Source: Neophaeotheca triangularis
Lineage: Eukaryota
DNA: 20,000 nt
Assembly (NCBI GenBank): GCA_054600435.1
Contig: BAAIJX010000074.1
Coordinates: 59,103-79,102 of the forward strand
Reading direction: 5' to 3'
Shown here: positions 11,245-20,000 of the stretch, one piece after another
Layout: each line of letters opens with the position of its first letter
Position numbering within the stretch: position 1 is the first letter of the stretch
Position numbers and translations under genes: made by a program
Notes under the pieces: model-generated
Seen by the model: the letters and a program-made list of their open reading frames with translations, nothing else
The model's database searches: none
Told to the model about the DNA's origin: nothing

Positions 11245-11691
11245 GGTGAATGATGAGAGGTATATGTTATGATGTTGTCGTTGAGTAAAAGGCGGATCGC
11301 ACAGGTCGTGGTCACGGCGGTGCGAAGGAGAGCGTAAGTGAGGAAGAGAGCAGTGAGGTGATGGTAGGTTCAGCTTCCTGCGAGACAAAATCCATGGATG
11401 TTCAAAGTCAACTACCTTAGCTCGGCAGAATGCGGCTCTGCGGCAGAGCCGCACCAGTCGCATAAGAGAACCCCACAATCGCATCCACTGGGCTGGCCGG
11501 CCACTTGCTTGTGGGCGGGCCTTCACTGCTTGGAGGTAGTACCTAAGGTGATGCACTCTCTCACTTCTCACACTTTCAAGTACAAGGTTCACTTCAACAA
11601 CATCTGAATACTTACGAGCTTGCCTCTTGAAAGCGATGAGGTGAAAAGGTCACAAACGCGCCTGGACTACAAGGCGTGAAGACGTTACAAC
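11245..11691. promoter_or_regulatory. Short (447 bp) divergent intergenic region, probable bidirectional promoter for the SNRNP40-like gene and BET3
   Basis: Head-to-head start codons at 11244 (-) and 11692 (+). Confidence 0.6.
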
Positions 11692-12458
11692 ATGGCCACC
11701 AAAGCTGCCCGTTTGGGCGAAGAGTGAGCTCAGCCATACCAGATGCAAGGGAGACCCGAGATATCAGCTGGCTAACAGCCGCGCAGAGTTTGGAAGTAAG
11801 CAAAGTCATAAACCAAGCCATCTTTGGCAGCCTCTGACGATCTCGAAAAGATCCCGCATCGACAAGATCAATGCCGAAGTCGTGACCCTTACCTACGGCA
11901 CCATCGTGTCCTCCCTCTGCCGCGACTGCACCCTACCCTCATCTCCCACCCAAACCGACTATACCGCCGTCAACGCCGAACTTGATCGCATGGGCTACAA
12001 CATCGGCCTGCGACTTATCGAGGACTTCCTAGCCAAAAGCAACACAGGGCGGTGCTCCAACTTCCGCGAAACGGCAGAGATGATTGCAAGAGTGGGCTTC
12101 AAAGTCTTTTTAAATGTCGTGCCGACTGTTGGGGGATGGGACAAGGAGAACAAGAGTTTCGTACTGGGATTCGAGGAGAACCCCTTGGCGGAGTTTGTGG
12201 AGTTGCCGGATGATGGCAGGGCGCAGGATGAGCTGTGGTATAGTAATATGTTGTGTGGTGTCATAAGGGGTGCGCTTGAGATGGTGAGCTACCCTGTCGC
12301 TTAGGATGAATGGCGATGTATTAACAATGGACGCCTAGGTGCAAATGCAGGTTGATGCGCACTTCATCAGCGATGTGCTTCGGGGCAATGAGACGACAGA
12401 GATGCGTGTTACGTTGAAGCGGTATCTCGAGGATGAGATGCCGCCGGACGACGAGTAG
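11692..12458 (+). CDS. BET3: TRAPP complex subunit Bet3 (TRAPPC3), 197 aa (exons 11692-11723, 11787-11795, 11851-12283, 12339-12458)
   Basis: Spliced product reads [121 protein letters not shown]. Three GT..AG introns give a 594-nt CDS. Confidence 0.96.
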
Positions 12459-13746
12459 AAGCTCGAATACCTTACCGTACCAAGCGACTGACCGCCCGCA
12501 GCTTGGGTCGTCAAGTCTGTTTGCTTCCTGTGACAGTCCAGTGAACCGCCCATAGTGGCGCAGGGCTATATAGACCACAGGGCTTCGTATATCGTCGCGA
12601 ACATGTCTACAGCACCGACGCGGTGTTTCAGACAAGGGTTGAAAGTGCGAACCATCATGTATGCGTAGAGGCATCAAATGGTGATAGGTATCTCCTATAT
12701 CGCTGCGCAGGGCAGCAGCACCCTTGAACCTTGGGGGAGATTGTGGAGAATACTACTTGTAGTACCGAGCTACACCGAAGCATTGTCGCTTCACAACAAA
12801 CAGCGTCAACAGCTTCTGTTGAATTCACGCCACACAAATTGCCATCATCGAAGGGCGGAGCCAGTGACAATATCCATGTTGCTGGCATGGAACGTGTGAT
12901 TATAGTGCCTAATGGAGTATGGGTTGTATTGTATTCCCTTGTTACTCACGTAGTGTTGGTAGGTACCTACTGAAGTGAAGGACGTGCACCACCGATAGGA
13001 ACACAAGTCCCATATCATACTGCACGTGACGAACCGGGCGCAAAGACCTCGCCCGCTAGCACTACCTGAGCAGCCCCAGCGACCCCCCAATACCTTACCT
13101 TACCTTATGCTTTATGCTTGTTTGGACTCCTTCGCCTCATCCACGCACGTTACGGCGACGACAGCAGCACGGTACTCATATCCCACCCACCTCGTCCTCA
13201 CCGCCGACCCCGCCTCAAGTCGTCCCACACTCGTCTCGCGACGCCGACGACAAAGAGGTGAAGTCGATCACCAACCTCCTGCATACCTCTGTCGGCACTT
13301 TCCCACACGCTTCATCCCAAACCGAGACACCTCCACCAACACCGCCCCCGCGCGCATCTGCATCTACCGTCGTCCAAACAACATTCACACGCGCTTTCAC
13401 CCTTTCCTGGCATGCCCGTGCTGCCCGAGGCTCGCCTGTGCAATCATACCACGACTTCCGCTATCTGGCGCCTCTGCGCGGTCAGCTAGCGCACGCCAAA
13501 GGCTACCTCACCCCCAGCCGGCACCAGCGAAACGCGACTGTTCGTCGCCAATCTCGCGAAAAAAGGCATATCAGGCGTCAAGGATAGGCGGTAGTATCTC
13601 GACCACGACCGTTTCATCGTCATTGGACCCATCGCTACACGTGCAAGAAACCCCACTTCACCTTTACCTGCCATCACGTCTTCCAAACACCCCCACACAC
13701 CTTTCTGTTGGCGCTCAGTGTCGACAAAGCATCGCATCGCCCCAGC

Positions 13747-16328
13747 ATGAGCCAGCAACAACAGCCGCCGATGGGCGCGCCACCCAACGCGGGTACGCCT
13801 AGCAATACCCAAACCGGCCCCAGCCAAGCGGACTATCTCAAGAAGCTCAATACATATATTTACGACTACTTCCTCCGCAACGAGCATTATGCAGTCGCAC
13901 GTGCTATGATGCAAGATCTTCCCGGCGACATGAAGCCCGGCGTCAAACAGTCGCCGAACATGCGCCAAGGGCAACAACAAAACGGCGTCGACGATGATGC
14001 AGACTCGAGGGACACTGACCAAGGCATCCTCAAGCGACCCGATGACTTGCCACTTCCCGACCTTCCAGGCGTCAATCAAGGTCCATTTCTTCAAGACTGG
14101 TGGAGTCAATTTTGGGACATCTGGACCACGCATAGAGGCAAGGGCAAGAACAATTCCACAACATACTCCTTTGTCGCCCATCAACGACAAGCGCAAAAAG
14201 CTCGCAACAACATGGCAGCGGCCAATGCGATGGACCCGCAGTCGATGAGCAACATGCGTCAGATGAATTACATGCAGATGAACGGCGGCAGGGGTCCGAA
14301 CGACCTCCAGCGAGCGGCGATGACGAATCAGGGCAAGAATTTGTACGTTCCAATACCAGCATTGGCAAGAATTTGCGCGATACAATGCTAATACCTCTTG
14401 TAGGAACCCACAACAACTCGCGCACTTGCAGCAAATGCAACGACAGGGCCAGATGATGGGTAGTCAAATGGAGCGACAGGGATCGCAAATGGACATGGGA
14501 GGGCCGCGCTCCGGCTCACCAGGGTCTGGAGAAGCACCCTCACCAAAACGGCAGAGGTTAGACGGTAACATGCAGCCAATGCAAGGCCGGCCGCCACTGC
14601 CATCGAATCCGGTTGGTCCCCCCACCACCAGCCTCCCCCCCGATGACCCCCGCGCCGCGCATACGGCGGAGCTTCTGATGCGTAAGGGCATCGATCCCGC
14701 CGATGTAGTGCCCGAGACGTTGTTAGATCTCCAGCAGCAGCCGGCTAACCATCAGGCGAAGTCCGTCGAGGTTTACTCGCAAGCAATTCAAAGAACGATG
14801 CAACAAGCCATGCAGAACGCAAATTCTAACATGAACAAGGGCATGCCTCAGAATCCCGGAGCCCTACCTGGCGCCCAAGGAAGCCCGATGAGCCAGGGCG
14901 GTATGGACACCGCCGCGCAAGAGTTCTACGCAGCCAACGGCGGCCACATGAGGTTACCGCCAAATGCCGCCGCTGCAGCTGCCGCGCAAGGTGGCGCTGC
15001 TAACCAGCAAGGCGGCAACCATGCCTTGCAAGATTACCAGATGCAGCTGATGCTACTGGAGCAGCAAAACAAGAAAAGGCTTCTCATGGCGCGTCAAGAA
15101 CAAGAAACATTGTCCACGCACCCTGGTCCGAACGGACAATTTGTCCAAGCCCCTCAGATGTCCCCACAAGGCAGTCGACAAGGCCCTTCACCTAACCCGA
15201 ACGAAATGCAACGGGGCACGCCGAAGATGGGCAAGGCAGGTTTGTCGCCAAACGGAGAGATGGCTGGTCGAGGGTCGCCCGCTCCAGGCGGGTTCGATCC
15301 CAACCAAATACCGCCACAGATGCGCCATCAGATGATGATGGCACAAGGGCCTAACGGGCAACCAATGATGCGGCCACCTCCGTCTTCGCATCCGCAGTTC
15401 GCTAACGGCCAGCAACTCGATCCGCAGCAGATGCAAATGATGCGAGCGCAACAGATGCAACAGATGCCTAACGGGCAATGGCAAGGCAACCCTCAAATGC
15501 CTCCTCAGATGATGCAAGGTCAGCAGCCAGGCCAGCATCCAGGACAGCAGCCGGGTCAACAGCCAGGTCAACAGCCAGGTCAGCAACAGGGGCAACAGCA
15601 GGGACAACAACAAGGACAGCATCCAGGCCAACAACCAGGCCAAGCCGCGCCCAACTCTACCCCAAGACAAGGCAACCAGCAAATGCCACCACCACCTGCG
15701 CCACCTGCTGGCCAAAGCACTCAGCCTGGCAGTCCAGCTCAACAACCCGCCCCTCCCACTCCAAACCAAGCAAACAAGCCCAAGCCAGGATCGAAGAAGG
15801 ATACAAACAAAAGCAAGGTATGTCATAATCAGAGAGTAATTGTGTTCGAACGTGCATCACTAATGCACTCTGCAGAAGGCTGGCAACAAAAAAGGCGGCA
15901 ACGCTCAGCCGGGTGCCACACCTGCTTCAGAAGCAGAGCAGCCGCCAACACCCAACCCAGCAACACCCGCAACTCCCTCGCACGCCAACTCCTTTGCCCA
16001 CAACAAAAACCAACAACTACCCAACGGCGCCAACCAAATGGCGACACCCCAACAACAGCAGCAACAACTCCCCAACCAAAATCACGCACAAGCGCCCCCA
16101 GTCCAGCAACCCAACCCTCCAAGCGACGTCAATCAGCCCTTTGGCCATTTGGGTGAAGATATGGGCATGGGACCATTCGATTTCTCCAATCCGCTCGACG
16201 GCGGCACCGATGTCTTGGACAATTTCGATTTTGACAGTTTCTTGAATGCGGGCGAAGACAATTTCGGCGGGTTCGACGGCGGCATGGATTTTGGCGATGG
16301 GCTTCAAGCGGAAATGAACGGGCAGTAG
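13747..16328 (+). CDS. som1: LisH/LUFS-domain transcription regulator Som1/SomA (Flo8 family, cAMP/PKA pathway), about 820 aa (exons 13747-14342, 14404-15817, 15876-16328)
   Basis: LisH motif LNTYIYDYFLR, FLQDWWSQFWDIW, NLS-like SPKRQRL, the conserved block NHALQDYQMQLMLLEQQNKKRLLMARQEQ, PPTP repeats and C-terminal DVLDNFDFDSFL. Introns 14343-14403 (GTACGT..CTAAT..TAG) and 15818-15875 (GTATGT..CTAAT..CAG) join three ORF-track fragments in frame. Confidence 0.92.
15518..15643 (+). repeat. Degenerate 12-nt coding tandem repeat encoding (GQQP/GQHP/GQQQ) x about 10 in Som1
   Basis: Translation reads GQQPGQHPGQQPGQQPGQQPGQQQGQQQGQQQGQHPGQQPGQ. Confidence 0.9.
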
Positions 16329-16828
16329 CAGGGCCTCGGTCATGATTCGTCCGAGCTTGATGATTCGGCTGCCTTGCTCGCGAGGTGGGAAGCTGAGCAG
16401 GCAGAGCAGTGATCGATGGGTGGGGCTCCGCTGTCTGAGGGGATGTTGTGTTGGGTGAGTAGCATGGACAGTCTGCTCCCTCGAACCTAGGGTTGAGAAA
16501 GCGTGCAATGTGCAGGATGGTGAAGATGGTCTGTTTCGGTTGCGTGTCGAGAATGGCGCTCTAAATGCGCAAAGGTGCGAGTCACAGCCCACGGCGTCGG
16601 CAAAGCTTCGCGCGACCGGGGCCGCACTCAAGCCACTCCACGCACCCGGCCACTACGCTCTTCGCGCCGCGAAGCACCACCGACAAGAGACCCGGATAAA
16701 AACGCGCTTCGCCCACGCCCAAAAGCCAGGAAAGAAAAAGGAGAAAAGAAGCGCGGTAAGAATGAAAAGAAGAGCAGCGCTCACACGCGCCTACACAGAG
16801 CCCCACCCATAGCTCACGAGGGCCAAAG

Positions 16829-16855
16829 GAAGAAGAAGAAGAAGAAGAAGAAGAA
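16829..16855 (+). repeat. (GAA)9 microsatellite
   Basis: Read directly from the sequence. Confidence 0.95.
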
Positions 16856-17729
16856 GCACACACAAGGGATCTAACTCTCCATACCCACCTAATGCACACC
16901 AACACCAATACCCACCTCAACCTCGACCCGCGTATTTTTTTTTAACGGCCGAAAGCGTATCTTTTTATTTCCTCATTGCCGCCACGGCCTTTTCTCATTC
17001 CCCCAAATTCACCACTGCCGGGAGTGAGAGGAGTCGGGAAGGTCTGGGTTTTATCCAGGACAGGCGAGAAAACGGTGGGGTGGTGTGGTGTTTTCTCGGT
17101 TTTCTGGGGTTCGGGAACTATCATTTTTCGTGTCGACTGACGTGGCGATATGGAAAGGAGGGACCGGGGTTGGGTCAGGTTGGGTCAGGTCGGGTTTTCT
17201 GGGGGGGAGGCGGGTTATTATCATTTTTTTTATTTATATGGAGTCGAGGCGTGGTCTTGCCTCTTTATTTCTTTTTCCTTTTTTTCCCCCTTTTTCTTTC
17301 TTGTCAAGTACACGTGTGTACGGTTGTTTAGGGCTGGCTGCTTTAGGGAGGGGGTTTTGTTGTTGTGCGTGTATTCTTGATTCTTTTTGAGTATGCCTAT
17401 TTCCCCCTTTTTCTTTTTTTTTCTTCCCTTGCGAGAACTAACGAAGATGAAATGGATGGTCGGAGGAGGGGAGGAGAGGGAAGCCGAGAGTTTAGATGTG
17501 TGTCTTTGGGGATGGAGATGGGTTAATACTCTTAGGGGGGGGGAGAGAATGGGATGAGGTTTTTTTCTTTTTTTCTTGTTTTTTAATCTGGGTTTTGGGG
17601 TATAGGTCTAGTATCAAGTAAAGGCGAGGAAACGGAGCGACATGCGGGCGGGATATAAGTAAGGTAGCTATAGTATAGTATGGTATATAGCGGTGATTAC
17701 AGACTGCCATGCCTGTCCCAGAGCCAGAG

Positions 17730-17850
17730 CCATGCCATGCCATGCCATACCATTACATTCCCCTCTTCCCGCCGTCGTTATTATTGCTTTCCACCCCCTC
17801 GCTCCCATCGAGCTAACCAACCAACCAACCAACTACCTCACCTCACCTCA
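17730..17850 (+). repeat. Cluster of short tandem repeats: (CCATG)3, (CCAA)4, (CCTCA)3
   Basis: Read directly from the sequence; low-complexity intergenic DNA. Confidence 0.75.
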
Positions 17851-18717
17851 CACCCAACCCGCTGCACCGACTGATTAGCTCCCAGAGAGCTTGTTCCCGG
17901 CGTTGATGAAACACACACACCCCCATACACGTCCATAATAATGATGAACCTACCTACCTACTGTACCTACATTCCTGACCTTTTCCACGAGCCCCGCAAA
18001 GTACCGGCGGGAAGGAATGAGTTCAGGTACCGCGGGCTGAAACATTGGGGCGGAAGGGGGGGAAATGAGATAAGCCTGGCATCGACCTCGTGTTGTTCGG
18101 GGCGCTACAGAATGCCAGCCAGCCAGCCATGTGGTTCGGAGTGGGAGTTGGGGGGCGTGGATGGGAGAGGAGATGCATGAACGGGAGATGCATGAATGGG
18201 ATGGGATGGGATGGTTGGGGTGGTGGTTCTTGATGGATGTTGGTGTTCCGAGTTCCGATCAGAGATGTAATAAGTTAGTTGGAATTATTATAATGGATTA
18301 TAGGTTATTATCGTGAGGTGCATGCATGCATGCAGGTGGCAGGTAGCAGGTGCGTGCGTTTGTTTTGCGGACGACTTCGGGGGAACTAGTTGTCCTTTAT
18401 TCTTGACAAACATTGCTGAGATAATTCAATGATTATTGCTCGCTATTAGTTAAGCCGGTAGTAAGGGAAACACAAGGACAATAATAATGTGGGAGAGAGA
18501 TGTAAAGTGTCGACGAAGAATGCGGGAGAGATATTGTGGTCAAGCCCGAATAGGTATGTATTTGTTTGTTTCAAGTAACCTGCGTCAATTCTTCGCCACT
18601 CCTCCTCCTCCTCCTCCCTCCCTCCCTTGCGGCCTGCAACCTGGAACCCGGAACCCGATTGTTTTCCCCAAGTCTGGTTCAACATGTCGCCTTATTGGCT
18701 ACCATCGACGGCTTCAT

Positions 18718-18730
18718 GCTGCTGCTGCTG

Positions 18731-18810
<80 letters not shown>
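18718..18810 (+). repeat. Compound microsatellite (GCT)5(ACT)26
   Basis: Read directly from the sequence. It produces the spurious poly-T/L/Y/S ORFs in the track. Confidence 0.97.
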
Positions 18811-19218
18811 GCCGCCCGGGACGTCCGTCCGGCACGAGCATGTAAGGGCGGACATGAACAGTGTCCGACTCATTATTGTTGTTGTTGTGGTGATAGCGGC
18901 CCTCCTCCACCACGAAACTAAGCACATCAAGACTCAGAAACACTTTTTGTAAGTGGGTAGTAACTTGTAAGTGTTGTGCCCTCTATCGAAAGCATGTTTT
19001 TTATATTCCCCTAGCCCTTGTCTCGCACTTGTTCGGAGGCTTGATCGCCTTCACGCGCTTGCTCGTTCCAACTCGCAACACGGCTTTGATGAACAGGCGG
19101 GGACCCGCAGTTGGTTCGATAGATATACTGCCTACACTGCAGCGAGAGGGGCGCAAAACAAAACAAAACAAACAAGAGACGACGGTGGTGGACGAGGCGC
19201 GAAACGTGCAAGGCTGCC

Positions 19219-19852
19219 ATGCCTTCTACCCTCCCAGATTCCAGTGCCCTAGAGGCCGGTATACTCGAGGATACCAAGCCTTCGAGGCTTTCGAGGGTGC
19301 AAGACAATGTTCGAGATTTGTTTCGAGGCTCTGTTTTTGGGTCTGGGAGCAGTACGCCAAAGACTTCGCCTGTGACTGCTGCGAGGCCTGCGGAAGCGAA
19401 CGATCCAAATGACGGGATTTTACCTGCATCGACATATCAGCCGGATGAAGATGAACGACGGAATGCGAATGAGACGTGGACCTATCCAAAACCATTATTC
19501 GGCAGATGGCCGCGATATGGAGAGAACGAGCCTTCCTCTTCGACGACAGTGACAACGTCGCCAGTAACACAAGAGAGACAGCCAGAGCCAGTTCCAGGCG
19601 TACTCTTCCCATCACCAATATACGATCAAGATACCCCGGCCTACAACAGCAGAGACACAGCAACCCCCCAACGCCCCGACCTAAGCGACCAGTCACTCGC
19701 AGCATTCCTTCAAGAAAAAGCCGCCAAACGTCGACGCTACGCCTGGAAAAGGTCCAAACACAGCTCCAATCCCAAACACTCCAAAGCAACCCGAGCGCAG
19801 ATCCCAGTATTGATAGCCACAACCCTTCTCCTCACCGCCCTTCTAGCAGCAT
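19219..19852 (+). CDS. First coding exon of an uncharacterised fungal membrane protein (partial; continues beyond the window)
   Basis: GCCATG start, disordered Pro/Ser/Thr-rich N-terminus, a basic patch (KRRRYAWKRSK), then hydrophobic IPVLIATTLLLTALLAA interrupted by a GTAAGC donor at 19853. Confidence 0.7.
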
Positions 19853-19892
19853 GTAAGCCACTCCAACCCAGCCCGCACCCATCTCAGTCTTG

Positions 19893-19934
<42 letters not shown>

Positions 19935-20000
19935 ACCCCCCCCCCCCCCCCCACCCAACCCCCCCCAAACCCCCCCCCCCCCCCCCCCCCCCCCCCCAAC
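19893..20000 (+). repeat. A41 homopolymer (19893-19933) followed by an interrupted poly-C tract
   Basis: Read directly from the sequence. Possibly low-quality sequence near a contig end or gap. Confidence 0.9.

Noticed and set aside
13026..13802. 258-aa ORF upstream of and overlapping som1
   Set aside because: Low-complexity Arg/Pro/Ser translation of a C-rich, stop-poor leader with no domain signal.
14612..14670. GTTGGT donor-like site within som1 exon 2
   Set aside because: No clear branch or acceptor follows, and the frame stays open through the region.
17941..17978. C-box ATGATGA with a downstream CTGA (box C/D snoRNA-like); other C-box matches near 735 and 9925
   Set aside because: Spacing is too short or no D box is present, and there is no terminal stem.
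18487..18952. Poly-Thr, poly-Leu, poly-Tyr and poly-Ser ORFs
   Set aside because: Artefacts of the (ACT)26 microsatellite.

Overview
Eukaryotic fungal DNA (filamentous ascomycete; Dothideomycete-like by inference) with short spliceosomal introns, so the ORF track fragments most genes. Six complete genes can be assembled by hand: an intracellular GH1 beta-glucosidase (-), an intronless secreted class III GH18 chitinase-like protein with a long repetitive N-terminal stalk and an altered catalytic motif (-), a GFA/Mss4-like zinc-binding protein (-), the U5 snRNP WD40 protein SNRNP40/Spf38 (-), TRAPP subunit BET3 with a 9-nt microexon (+), and the LisH transcription regulator Som1/SomA (Flo8 family) (+). 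The first exon of an uncharacterised membrane protein (+) runs into poly-A/poly-C at the window end. Positions 1-3197 have no convincing CDS but contain a dense cluster of stem-loops around a telomere-template-like TAACCCTAAC motif. Positions 16330-19200 are microsatellite-rich intergenic DNA. No prokaryotic-type system, CRISPR array, rRNA, tRNA or intact transposon is seen. The best leads are the GH18 protein and the putative structured RNA at about 2510-2990.
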